Shown: piece by piece, positions 28,805 to 42,116 of the stretch
Layout: each line of letters opens with the position of its first letter
Numbering within the stretch: the first letter of the stretch is position 1
Origin: Trichinella spiralis
Taxonomy: Eukaryota
Assembly (NCBI RefSeq): GCF_000181795.1
Contig: NW_003526944.1
Span: 5,300,913-5,364,912, forward strand
DNA: 64,000 nt
Direction: 5' to 3'
Program-made: the position numbers and the translations under genes
The notes under the pieces: generated by a model
What the model was told of the DNA's origin: nothing
The model's input: the letters and a program-made list of their open reading frames with translations, nothing else
The model's database searches: none

Positions 28805-29731
28805 AGAAGTCATACTCTTTTTTGTAAAATAAATTTATCTTTTTTTACTTTTGTTGCAATACAATAACTGAAAAGTTATGAATCATTACAGTTATTGTTA
28901 GCGAAGCTTTTAAAATAGGAATTCATAACCAGTATAGCTATATTAAATTGAAGAAAAATAATGATAATAACAGTTTTGAAACAAAACTTATTGGCTAACT
29001 CGTGATGTCAGATACGGTTCTACGACTGCCACACGTGATATTACTCTGTTGTCTAGTTTGTTGTATTTAGTGATATGAATTTATAGGTGGTATGGGTGTT
29101 TCGTTTGCATGCAGGTGTAAACTGTTTCTAAATATCGTTGAAATGTTCTGTTGTATTGCTGCTTGTTTGTATTGTTTGTTGCATGATTTAAGGAAATTAT
29201 GTGAATAGCGACACCATCTATTCTGATGGAGATAAATGCAGACGCATAGAAAGGAAGTTGCTAGATCAGCAGACTGATTAATCCAGCAGTAGTAATTCGG
29301 TTCAGTTTAAACGACACTTTTAATATAGAATCCCAGTTGCTTGAATTTGTGTGAAGTTGTCAATTACAGTATCATACATCAAAAACGAACTTGCCCCATC
29401 TAAGCGAACAACGAAAAAAGTGGAGAATTATTTGATCAGTGGAAACTGATTATTATTAAAATTACGATAAATGACTTTAAAGATTTAATTCAACAATGTA
29501 ATTTAACGCAGAACAATAGTGGAATATTTGAACAATGTGTAATATGCTTTTGTAAGAATATGCGTTACCGAATTTATAATTGTACTTAGTTGTATTTTAT
29601 TTTAGTTGGCCTACTGTATTTATTGAAATACGTTCGGTTGTTCTTATGATATAAACTGCTCTATTAAGTTGGTCTTTTTATGTCAAACTAAATGTACAGT
29701 TTTATGCATCTAATGATAAGAGAAAATTAAT

Positions 29732-32073
29732 ATGATAACCGAATATTGGTTAATTTCGGCTCCAGGTGAAAAGACATGCCAAGAAACGTGGGATCGACTG
29801 AATGCATCCACCCAAGAATTGTCATCGAATTTTAAATTTTCAATTCCAGATCTAAAGGTATTAATCAGTAGCTTTTCAAAGTCATAATCACGCGTATGCG
29901 TTATTTGATTGTATGTTTGTGAATTGTTTTACTGTTCTTTTTATAGGTTGGTACGCTAGATCAACTCGTCGGTTTATCAGATGATTTAATTAAGTTGGAT
30001 GCATATACGGAAAGGTAATATTGTATATATCTATATGTTTTTTCATACTAACTATTTTCTTATGTACATATATGTATGTATGAATAACTTAGCATGAAAT
30101 AATACAGGAATGATTTCTGTTTTGTTTACAAGTAAATTAATGCTATAGCAAGCTGTGTTGCTTGTTCTGTTTGTAATACGGGAATGCATTGTGTTCTACA
30201 TTTATTATTTTCAGGTTTCCTCTATAATCAGGTTTAGTTAGTTGTCCTTTGTTTGATTTTCAGTCAGCTTGTTTCTCAGTACGCAGCATCCGGTGATGAT
30301 ATTAATATTCGCATTTTAGCATTACAAAAAAATTGGTCAACTACTTTGCGGAAATTTTGGAAGATCAACGAGATAAGTTGTATGAAAATTTGCAAGTGCA
30401 AGGCAGTATGATTTTACGTGCTTTTTATACTTTCGAAGCTGTTTTGCATTATTTTTTAAAACTTATTTTAGAAGACATTTCACATTATGTTACGAAATTT
30501 CAATGGGATACAGCGAAATATCCGGTGAAACAAGCTTTGCGCAATATTACAGAAATTATAAGCAAGGTATTGCTGCAATGATAATTTTATTCAATTGAAT
30601 GAAATGTGATTTATATTTTGCTTGCGTAGCAAGTAACACAAATCGATAGCGATTTAAAAGCAAAAGCAGCCGCATACAATCATTTGAAGAACACATTATC
30701 TGCGTTGGAGCGTAAAGCCACGTAAATTGATTATTATTGTTGTATATAATTTGCATTTATTATTTTTTTTTCAATTTTTAGCGGTAGTTTATTGACAAAA
30801 GATTTGGCTGATATTGTAAAAAAGGAAGATTTCATTGTCGATTCGGAATATTTGACTACTGTGTTAGTGGTTGTCCAGCGGTGAGTGATCGATTTTCGAT
30901 GTTTGTTCATATGCTTTGGAATATTGTTCAAGTATTATTTATCAGAATTTTACTTGCTTTATTTCGCTAATTATGATTTAAATTTTTGTTTATTGTGTGT
31001 TTTTTTGATATTGGAAAGTAAAGCAGTTAAGAGGAGTCACTTTTTCCATTTGTTTATTAATAAATGTTTATCATTATGATTTGATTTGAATTTGATCTGA
31101 CTTCGGAAGAAGCAGATCTTAATCAATACGATGTGACATTGGATGAAATCATAGAAAAGAAAGAAATGCACGCAGTGAAATGCAATTCATAAAATGCATG
31201 TACGTTGATTTTATTTAGTTCATTGTACAAAGAATGGGAAGCGAAGTACGAAGGATTGACCATGATGGTCGTCCCTCGGTCATCAAAGTGAGTAGTGGAA
31301 AAAATGCCACTTGTAAAAATTGCATACGATGATGCTTTTCATATAATTTCAGATTATTATTTGAAGATAATGAAAACGGTCTGTTTGCGGTGACTTTGTT
31401 CAAAAAAGTTTTGGATGAATTTCGCAACCGTGCCAGGGAAAACAAGTGAGCTTCGTCTTCGTATGCGCAATAATTTATGCAAATTTTATCATATTTTTTT
31501 GATGGTATTGTGCAGATTTTTTGTTCGAGATTTTGTCTACGATGAAAACGCCCTAGCACAAGGGAAAAATGAGAGGAACAGACTCGCGGCAGAGAAAAAC
31601 AAGCAGTTTGGACCGTTGGTTCGTTGGCTTAAGATCAACTTCAGCGAACTGTTTTCCGCGTGGATTCATGTGAAAGCACTGCGAGTGTTTGTCGAATCTG
31701 TGCTGAGGTTTGCAATAACTTTTTTATTAGAAATATTAATATTATTAAAAATAATATACGTCATCTCATCAGGTATGGCTTACCGGTGAATTTTCAAGCG
31801 GTGCTGTTGCAGCCGAATAAACGAACATTCACCAAACGATTACGCGATGTTCTCAGTCAGCTCTATGCTCATTTGGATGTGGGAAATTTGGGTGCTGGAA
31901 ACTTTGAAGTAAGTTTCTAATGTGCAGCAAATGTTCTACTTTTTATAAACAATTTGCAGATGAGCGAAGATGTGTCTGGATTGCTCAGCTTTGGTCAACA
32001 AGATTATTATCCTTATGTATTTTTCAAAATTAACATTGATTTAACTGAGACGTCGTCGTCGAAGGCGCGTTAA
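29732..32073 (+). CDS. ATP6V1C: V-type proton ATPase subunit C (nematode vha-11), multi-exon
   Basis: [89 protein letters not shown]. Confidence 0.97.
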
Positions 32074-32912
32074 ATATTCTTTGTGTCGAATGCAATAATG
32101 TTAGGTAATCAAAAGTTGAAAATTTTTATTGAAATTTCAATTTCTGCCCCATTCATTCGTTATTCAAATTTACTTGCATCTATTTCCAGTTTTAATTTTT
32201 TTGTTTTCCAATCCAGAATCTGTGATAATCACGATTACATGTGATGAGTGATTTATTTATTCGAATTATGCGCAATATACCATGCTTTCATTTTGTAGCT
32301 TTCTTTCAGTTTTGTAATTGACCGACAAATTTTTATAACTTGGTTTTTCATCATTTTTTATCCATCCATTATGATGTGATTTATTTTGAAAAGAAAAGAA
32401 AATTTTAACAGAAAATCAATTTTTAATTATTTCGAACAGAGAGTATCCGGTATATTTCAGAGAAGATCCCGTTTGATAAACGTAACATTTTGGGCTGATT
32501 TTGAAAAAGAAAAAAAAACTTCACAGATGATGCAAACATGTTTCAACTAAAAACAATAACACTGGCAAAAATACATTGGCAGAATTGAAGAATCATTTTT
32601 GATATTATGGTAAAAGTATAATGTTCGAAGTATGCAAATATATATATATAATACGAATGCAAAATAAATATGAACGAACGCACTTTTTTCTTGCACAATA
32701 AATAAGGATAAAATAACAACAATAACCAATTTCAACAGGTACACAATACCAACAGTGAGAAAGAAGAATTGGAGAATAACGACTAACGTTAACAATAAAA
32801 TAAATAATTAATTAATAGGTAGCGGCGCCATAAAATAATAAAGTTGGCTATTAATAAAATAAGTGACAATAAAATATCGCCATGGACAGACAAATAAAAA
32901 TTATTTTTTCTT

Positions 32913-35067
32913 TTATAAAAATGGCAATTTCAAACGGCCTGATGCCGGACCGGCGGCACTTTCCGCTAAAATGTTGCCAATTCCATTTTCTCGGAAAGTG
33001 ATTGAATTGTTATTTTTGGCAATACCATTTGCGCATCTCTGCTGACCACTGGGTATGGGTAATAAAATATCTGCATTCTCTTGACCATTATTATTATTAT
33101 TACGTCGACGATCGGTGGACTTTGTCACATTACTTTGATCTGTTGATGGTTTTGGATCCGAAGGTTCCACTATTGCTTTGCGTTGTTGCGGTGATGAGCT
33201 TTGTTTGGTTCGAATCCACGAATGCTTCAAAGCTGCCTTGGGCGTCATCCGCTCCTCAGGATCCAAGGCCAGGCACTTACTCACAAAATCAATAAAATCT
33301 CCATTGTCACAACGTTTCAGAACGTCGCGCAACGATCGACTACCCGGAGGACCTCGCTCTTTACTTTTGTGAGAACAATTCATATTTCGACAATATTTCG
33401 GTAAGCCTATAAATAATAATAATAATAATAATAATACAAACAAAAATGAACTCATCATCAGAATAATCAATCTTTTTGGAATAATTCAAATGCTGATTTC
33501 ACTCTGATTCAGTACAATTAAATATACAGTAACAACAGTAACAGTATAAACAGACAACTGAAAAATACATTGAACGCTTAAAATAAACTGTCGAAATAGC
33601 TGCAACATTTTTCAAATCATCAAACAGAGTTCACCAAAAACATTAATATCAACAGTAACATGCCATTCTGCAAATAATAATATTATGATGAAATCATAAA
33701 TTGATTTCGCTAAACGCGTTATTCCACAAAAACTTTTTTAAAATTAAAACATTAAATAAAAAATATGCGTAAATTGTAAAAAAAATTTATGGCCATTGTT
33801 GCTTACCATCTGGATCAAAAAATATGGAACCACGTCTTCCGTTGATTAATTTAGGTGGAGGCACTCCGAGCATTTCAATAATCAATGCCATTTGATCTGT
33901 CTCGTCCACACCCGGGAAAAGTGGATTTCCAGTAAAGAGTTCAACCAAAATACAACCAAACGACCACATATCAATCGGTGTACTATAAATGCAGCCCAAA
34001 ATCACTTCCGGAGCACGGTAGAATCTGGACTGAATGTACGAATAAAGTCGGCTTCCTTTAACACAACTACTGCCAAAATCGATTACTCGGACTCCAGTGC
34101 GATCGCTCTGCCGTAATACTATATTTTCAGGCTTTAGATCGCAATGAATAATTCCATAGCGTTTCAAAAAATCCAAACATTGAAGAATGTCAAATGCAAA
34201 ACGTCGAACAACTTTCAAATTGATTCCTCTGTATTTGCTCAATCGAAGCACATCATACAAGGAAATACTGAGCAATTCAAAAGTGATGCATTTGTGATTT
34301 CGAAATGTAAAATGGTCGATCATGCGAACCGTGTTCGATTTATTTTCTTCATCCATACGGCAAAGAAGGCTTAATATATTTACTTCGGAGCAAACTTGAC
34401 GATGAAATGGCTGTTGGTTGCGGATGATTTTCAAAGCTACAAACGTACGCTTCCGATGATCGAAAGCTTTGATCACCTGACCAAAACTGCCTCTTCCCAG
34501 AAGACGAATCACTTCGTATCTGTAAGCAATGTGATCCGCTTTCACAATGCGATAAAAGCCGTTCGCATCATCGTTGCCATAGTTGTTCAAAGAATCCAGC
34601 GTTGAACACTTTTGCGCATCTTCACCGACATAATAAATCTTTTTATACTTGACAATTTCTCGCTCTTCGTATGGAACAAGGCTATTCTGGCAGAATTTCA
34701 AAGCTTGCTGAGGCGTTATAAAATGCGCCGACGGTGGCCGATCTTCACCTGGTCTCGGTTCCTGCTTCCTGATGTATTGTTCATACATTTTAGGATTCTG
34801 TTCGTACATTTTTCTTATCGAAATATTCGCCATTCCTACCGGGCATGAATTCAAACAATGAGGAAGTTCCACAGCATCGCTAGCTACAGCTGATAGGGAC
34901 AGATCGTCAGCAGTTTCGCTAGCATCAGTCAAACTGAGATTTTTCATCGACAACGCTTCACCATGGCCATTGCAAAATGTCAACGGAGGAAACAGACAGG
35001 CTTTGGCAGTACCGTGCGCTTTGGTAGGGTTGCAACTGCCATCGAAAGCGAGCTGCGAATTTTCCAT
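32913..35067 (-). CDS. Class II DYRK dual-specificity kinase (DYRK2/MBK-2-like). Exons 35067-33807 and 33406-32913
   Basis: DH-box-like NNYGNDDANGFY, HIAYRYEV, GRGSFGQV, HCDLKPEN, DFGSS and activation loop YSYIQSRFYRAPE. One phase-1 intron joins FFDPDG|LPKYC..RGPPGSRSL. Confidence 0.92.
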
Positions 35068-35727
35068 GATTCACCGATCGACTAGACACTACGCATCATC
35101 CCACGCCTGGCGTCTTTTTACTTATTGTCAATCATTGATTAGCCAAGATAACGCCGTTCATTGAACGTCCAACAATACCAATTTGGTGGCAGTTAAAAAG
35201 CACCTTCCATTCGTGACCATGTCCCACCGTAGGGCAAGCCAAACTCACCTGGGTAAATAAAGGCGGTCGACCTTGATAAAAGATTTTGCCATACTGTAGT
35301 TTGTGATCAACAAGTGCAATTTTTATTTTTCATTGATTGCTTCAACTAGATAAGCAGTTTAGAAGAAAGAATGTATTTTCCCATAAACCCAATATTTCAA
35401 TAATTAAAATATGAAAATGTAAATTTATAAATTCAAAAATTTCAATTTAGTATAATTTTAGTGGCCAGTGCTAACATATTCTTTCATACTTTTCTTCTAC
35501 TTGCTAGCATAACTATGGAAACAAGAGAAAACAACGAATCATTTGAAAAGCAAAATTTAAATTTTCCGAAATCTCTTTTTATTACTGAATTTTCTCTGTT
35601 ATTTTTAGATAATAAGGTGTCGACATACGATTCCGTATTAAATATAGCATTCTTTCTGCAAAATTGATTTATTTCATTTAAGAAAAAATGAGAAAAATAC
35701 CTAAATTTTCGTACAAGCGTATTTTGA

Positions 35728-36553
35728 TTAACGTACTTCATTAGAATGTAACCATCTTTCTAATGGATAAGTTATTTTGCATGTTTTTTCAAATTTCGTC
35801 TTTAAACTATCAATAACAATGATTCGTTCACCAGGCATAACCATTGGAAGATCTCTGATCACAATTTCTCTCAGTTTAGTCATATTTTGAAGATAAAGAA
35901 GTCCAGCTCCAGAAATGCAACCACAATCCACAATTTCAATTGCTTTCAAGCAATCTTTCAAATGGAAAGCAACTTTATATAAACTATCATCGTTGATCCA
36001 ACTGCAATAGGACAATCGCAAGGTCTTTATTGTGTTTACTCCTTCTGAAATAATTCATTTCAACCATAAAAACAAATCGTTTATGATGTTGTTATTTTGA
36101 TCACAAACGATAATATTCTTCACATACAAATAACTTACGAAAATGGTCAAGTCCTGGTGTGGATATACAGGAATCGCTGCAATCAACTTCTTCAATTTCA
36201 AATGGTTCCAATAATTGCAATAATTGACGCTTCGATGATACAAATTCTGAACTTCCACTGACCCTGTGATCAATTTATTATAAAAATCTATTAAACTTTA
36301 TCTTTTTACCGAAAAATGGCAGCACATCGAATAAGCCATTCCGCACAACAACGCTGACAACCTAATTGTTTCACACGATTTTTGTTATATCTAAAAAAGT
36401 AAACAGAATTGTAGAACCACTGTTATCAAAGATCAAACCAACGTCATTTCACCTGTTGTAATAATTGTCAATAAATTTATTAAATAAAATAGTATAGGTT
36501 CTATTTGTGATATGAAAAACTTTTATTTTCAAAGGAATAAAACGAAAAATCAT
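35728..36553 (-). CDS. ATP5S: Mitochondrial ATP synthase subunit s / factor B-like LRR protein, 4 exons
   Basis: Manual splicing gives MIFRFIPLK..YN|RYNKNRVKQLGCQRCCAEWLIRCAA..FEIEEVDCSDSCISTPGLDHF|QGVNTIKTLRLSYCSWINDDSL..AIEIVDCGCISGAGLLYL. This matches the ATP5S pattern (EWLLRCGA; IEAIDATDSCI..GFDH). Confidence 0.8.
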
Positions 36554-36737
36554 TCAAATAAACAAATATAATGCTAACAATAATCGGCAATAATTAATCA
36601 TTCAATTGTACTGTAAAAAGTGAAAATAAAGGTAATATGATTGGAATATTTTATTAACTATTTTGAAGGAACATTATAATTAAAATTAAAGAAAAAGATC
36701 TTTATTTTTTAAAAGAGGGTAGGATAAAAATTATTTA

Positions 36738-36763
36738 TTATATATATATATATATATATATAT
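36738..36763. repeat. (TA)n microsatellite in the divergent ATP5S/RABGGTA promoter region
   Basis: Run of ~13 TA units seen directly; a shorter run lies near 36853-36868. Confidence 0.9.
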
Positions 36764-37026
36764 ACATGATTATCTTTTTCTGTAAATACGCAGCTAGTAG
36801 TTGTAAATGTTGACAAGTTTTGTATGATTTAATTGTTTAATGCTAAAGTTCTTATATATATATATATATTTGTAGAATATTTTAGCACTTTATCAAAATT
36901 TATTCAATGAATGGACGCTCATAATGTTGTAAATATTGAGTGTCTTCTTTATTAGCAGTTGATGACGGGAAGAGTATTGTCATTTTTATAGTGAAGATAA
37001 TTTTCAGTCACTCTTATTGCTGAATT

Positions 37027-39037
37027 ATGCACGGTCGTGTACGTCGTGTCATTACTGACGAAGAGCGAATCAAGAAAAAAAAGAAGTTGGAACAGTACTC
37101 TAAACTGAGAAACAGTGTTTTTGAAAAAATTAAATCCGGTAGTTTATTTAACAATATGATATCGAATAATATTTTCTTGAAACTTTTTCTGAGATTGAAT
37201 TTTTTTCCTTTAAGGTAATTTTGATGAAGAGGCAATGCAAATTTCTGCTGCTTTTTTGTTAAAGAATGCTGATTTTGTAACAATCTGGAACTATCGTCGT
37301 CGGTTTCTTTTGTCACAACCGAAAAGCGATGAGCTTGAAAAACATTTTCAGGAGGAATTAAATTTAACCAAAGATTGCTTGTATGATAATCCCAAATCAT
37401 ATTGTGTCTGGTTTCATCGCAGTTGGGTCCTTGGTCATCAAAGTAATCCAAATTTTGAGAAAGAATTTTTGCTTATTAATGAAGCACTTCAGTTGGATGA
37501 CCGAAACTTCCACTGTTGGGATTATCGTCGTTTTGTATGCAAGTAAGTTGAGCTAATGAATCTAGTATTAAATAAAGCTGGATTAGATGAGTTATCAGGT
37601 GAATTTCTTTTATTTTTACTGTTGTGTAAATGTGCACATAATAACAGCCTGTAAATATTTACGGCATTTGCATAATTTAATGTTTTCGGTGTTGAAGTTT
37701 ATATAAAATTTCAGGATAATTTAGGTTCTATTTATAGATAAGTTATTATTTTCATTTAAATATAAAATAGAAAATAATTACTTGAATATTTTTTCTGCTA
37801 TTTTCATTTGAGAAAGGTCTTTTATTAAAGGATTTCCAAACGTAATATTGAAGAAGAATTAGCATATTCAGAAACAAAAGTGAATGAAGATTTTTCAAAC
37901 TACTCAGCTTGGCATTATCGATCAGAACTTTTGCCGCAGTTGTATCCTCCTAACGATATTAGCATGTCTCAATATCCAATCGCCGTTGAAAAACTTCTCG
38001 AAGAGATTTCTTTGGTCGATAATGGAATTTTCACCGATCCTGATGATCAGACTTGCTGGTTTTATCGAAATTGGCTAGCCGGGAAACGTGAACCTCCGCT
38101 TACATTGCTTCGACTGTATGTTGACTTTAAACTGCAAATTGTCTCATTGTGCTTTTCGACGGCTGTGGAATTAGACGAATTTAGCATTGCTTTGGAATTT
38201 GAAAGAAACCGCATTGTAGATTTTTGTTGGAAATCTTCAGACAACAGTGCATCAACGAGAGTTTGGTATAGTGAACTGGAGTGCAAATTTTGTCCCAAAT
38301 TTAAAGGCACTGTCAATTTTATAAAAGCAGGAAAATTACAGGAATTTGATTCTACAATTTCAATATATGGAGAGGAAATTATTGCTTGGCAAAACGATAA
38401 CATTGCATGTTTGAACTGTAAAATAGATGAGCGTGTTAAAGAAAGTTTGTTGCAATGTCGAAATCAGTATGAAACTTTGATATCCATGGAACAGGAAAAT
38501 CACTGCCCAGTTGTCGCTTGTATTGGTATTACAGATATTTTGCAGGATGATTCAAAACATTTAAAAACATTTGAAAATATTTCTCATCTTATGAAAGTGG
38601 ATTCGAAAAGGATAAATATGTATCGATATTGGAAGAGCATGGTTTTTATTGAAACGAAATTATCCTGTGAAATTTCAGACTTGAAAAATTGTGATCTGTA
38701 TTATTTAGGAAATGGGTTTGATTTTCAGAAAGTTGTTTTTTTAGATATATGTAATAATATGATCGCTTCTCTGCTACCATTACAGTACGCAGTTCATTTG
38801 CGTGAACTATACGCAAGCGGCAATCAGATCTGCTCTTTAAAAGGTATTGAAAATTTACAAGGATTGATGTACATTATTGTAAAGAATAACAGAATTAATG
38901 AGACCATCAAATTGTCGAATTTGAAATATCTTAAAATGATTAATATTAGTGCCAATCCAATTTGCTCATGTTTCAATGCAGTCAAATTCAGTGATGAATT
39001 TGCTACAACCGCTACAATTGTTTACGATGAAATATGA
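37027..39037 (+). CDS. RABGGTA: Rab geranylgeranyltransferase (type II) alpha subunit; PPTA repeats plus C-terminal LRR. Exons ~37027-37138, 37215-37542, 37831-39037
   Basis: MHGRVRR, TIWNYRR, NPKSYCVWFHRSW, DDRNFHCWDYRRF, FSNYSAWHYRS, FTDPDDQTCWFYRNW, and LRR units LRELYASGNQI and INISANPIC. Confidence 0.93.
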
Positions 39038-41039
39038 CTGTTTGAAATGCGATGAATCTTCCATATCTACTTAAATAAATTTCTTTGGCATAGAATTTAC
39101 TGGACAGAAAACAAGAAATTAAAATGAAACTGTTATCAATAATTTGACGTTGAAAACTTCGATTTTCAAGTGAGCAGTGACTGTAATTATTTTGGCGAAA
39201 AATTCTATTCTGCCTTTGGCGGAATAATTCGATTGCGTCGATGGATAATAATCTTATGATAAGTCTATTTAATTAGACTTGCGTGACGGTTTAGTCTCTC
39301 TAGGTAAAATTTTCAATGCTAATGTTCTATTGGTTGGCAAAAATTCGAGTTTTCATTGGATCGCTTCTCATTGCATAGTTATGGCATTGGTTCCATTGCC
39401 TAAACTTTTCATTGATTAAAATTGTTCTGCTGTGATTAGCTACAATTTTTTTCATTTCATTGGTCTAAATTTTTAATTACACAATTCATTACGCAACCTT
39501 TGACCTCTTTTATTGTTTGATCCGTGACGTCACCAATTTGACAGTGGAATTTTTAAATTGTTTTTAGCTGTTTTTTCTTTTAAATATTTACTTTTCTACT
39601 TTGCATTTTTAGTGATTAGTATTTGTAATATGATTTGAAAAAATTTCTATGTTTTACTGACGCTTGAGCATGTATCACCTCCTTTTGTGTATTGGTTTAT
39701 GTTGGTTCCGTAATTCACAAACTGAAATTCATCATTATTTATTCCCATCATTCGAAAAGATATCTCAAACATTCGAGAGAGCAAATAGCAAAAGCTAGTG
39801 AAGTGAAATAAGGAAAACTACAATTGAAGGTCTTGTTCTTTACAAATTAAATAAATATCTTTATTATGCAACTGCATTATTCTAATCAAATGAACTGCCT
39901 AACGAAGAGATAACTGAACTAAGAGATGTTAAGTGAACGTGCTTATCCGGGTCATTCATTGTTTTCATCATTCGACACGAAATGACGTTTTACGATGGCA
40001 GCGAAGCTAGCCTTGTCAACGAATTTGATAATGAAGAAATCTATGCAGCGATTATCATGAGCAAATTCAAAATTCATTGCACAAGATTTTTTGAAATTTC
40101 ACTAGATCAACAACACACATATGAATTAAATTTCCCCCAAGCTAGCCAAAAGCATTTTCAGTTCAATCTGTGCAGCAGCTACGCTGCATCTGAGAAATTT
40201 TTTACAGACCCTTGTATATAACGTGAAGTCAGTATATACTGCACCAAATGTTTATTAAACATTTCACGATACCCTACAGGAGCTAGAATTTCAGTATTTG
40301 TGACCAGCATGATGCCATAGAAATGCGCAAGGCATAAATTCAAGCGATAATACTGCTAGACTAAAATTTTTACAATACATTACAATTGGCGCTGTTCATT
40401 GCTTTCTTTCTGCTTTCGAAGTGCTTCACTTTTATTTATCCATCCGAGTTTAAAATTAAAAATACGGTTGAAAAGAAATGTCAGCCAACAGTTGCTTTCA
40501 CTCGTCATGTAAATTACCTTCTTAGCTAAGGGAAAATAAATCTACAAATGATAAATTGTCCACAGCTGCAGTTTTCAGCTAAAACTAGGTGTGACAACTA
40601 ATGAATGTTACCATCGAAATATTTTTCTGATTTCGCCTAACCATTCTTTGAAAATCTTTCTTGTTTGCAATCAAAAATTTTAATTTAATCTTTCATATGT
40701 TTTATTTAAAGAAAAAAAAAATAAAAATCTGGAATTTCTCATTTAGAAATAAATGAACATATTTGTTTATTCATTTTGTGAAAATTATGCAAAATATGTT
40801 TTTCAGTATCTAGATTAATCCGACTCTACGGTTGACAAGTACTCAATATATTTATTTCAGTGGCAAGAAAATGTTGAACATTTGAAATCAAAAAGCATTG
40901 CGATACTTTAGTTCAGTGTTTATCAAAGTGTGGATCACATAAAATATTAAAATACGGGAGTAGTCTTCATTTTTGTAGCAGAGTTTTACTCATCGGAAAT
41001 TTTTGGGTGAACTGTGATGCAGTTACTGATGACCTGAGA

Positions 41040-41604
41040 ATCACTATTTTTGTCCGGCTTCTCACAGCACGCAGATGTTGTCCATACCGACATATCCACA
41101 AAAGCAGATGGAGAATTAATCAATTTGTCTGAAGATTCTTCGTTTAAAGTCAGTTTTGATCGTAAAACATTAATACAGTTTTAGCTATCAGTCATCCAAC
41201 ATATGCCCAACTCTTTCCACCACAGCATTAAAAGTGCTGCTACCTTTTACTACTTCCTACACGTGGGAAATTTGATTTTAAGCAATGAATTGAATTAAAA
41301 GCAAAAATTTAGAAATAAGCTACAATCATCCAACATCTTGCGACTAAAACTAACACGTGTTAGTGTGCATGTCGAAGAAGTCATCAGTCAAAACAGAAAA
41401 CAAGCCCACTGTTCGCATACACCTCATTATGCATTTGACAAATAAACTTATACATTATAATTAGGCTTGTTCATTAAAAAATTTAAAGTATTAAACTAAT
41501 ATTTTTGATTTAACCCTTCGCCTTTTAAAATATGCATTGCAAGCAGGTGGATCGCAAAAAATAACCGTTTCGAAAGTGGGTCACAGAAAGTTAGAAAACC
41601 ACTG
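41040..41604 (+). mobile_element. Degenerate hAT (Charlie/Buster-type) DNA transposon: C-terminal dimerisation-domain remnant and right end
   Basis: Broken frames read GELINLSEDSSFKVSF..LIQF*..TALKVLLPFTTSYTWE..AM..IKS../FRNKL. The sequence ends in gttagaaaaccactg, a Charlie/Buster-type TIR (CAGTGGTT..). Confidence 0.75.
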
Positions 41605-42116
41605 CTTTAGTTGATCTGTTGGCATTTCAAAATTATTTTACCCAACAACCGAAAGCTGTACTGTGAGAATAGTTTTATGGTGAAGTTTTCTCAAGCAGAG
41701 TAAAAGCTCAAATTTCGATAAACAGATGGTGATTTTTTCCAGATCCGGCTGAAGAAGAGGCGAAACTACGGAATTTATTTTCTTCTTGAAACAACACCGT
41801 GGGATTCACATCACAATAAAAAACATTACAAAAGAAAACACATTTGCACTTGATTGCCAAAATTTGGGTTATGGTAGAAAATGGAGGAGCGATAACTGGC
41901 AATTTTTGCCGTTCATTGATTGTTGTTATATTAGTGCTATCTGTGTTGCTCATGTGTTAGTTTCCGTATATATTTGATTTCAGAAAATAAATGCGAGCGA
42001 GGACAAAAGGCTAACGCAGACGGGGAAGATAGTCGCGCTGAAGGCCTGAAACTCAGGAAGATCCGTCAGCCACGGGAGACGATTCGTTGCGCTATTTATA
42101 CATTCGTATAGTGTTT

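Noticed and set aside
30402..30471. Non-canonical GC-AG intron in V-ATPase C
   Set aside because: A canonical GT donor at 30406 gives the in-frame LQVQGKDISHY.
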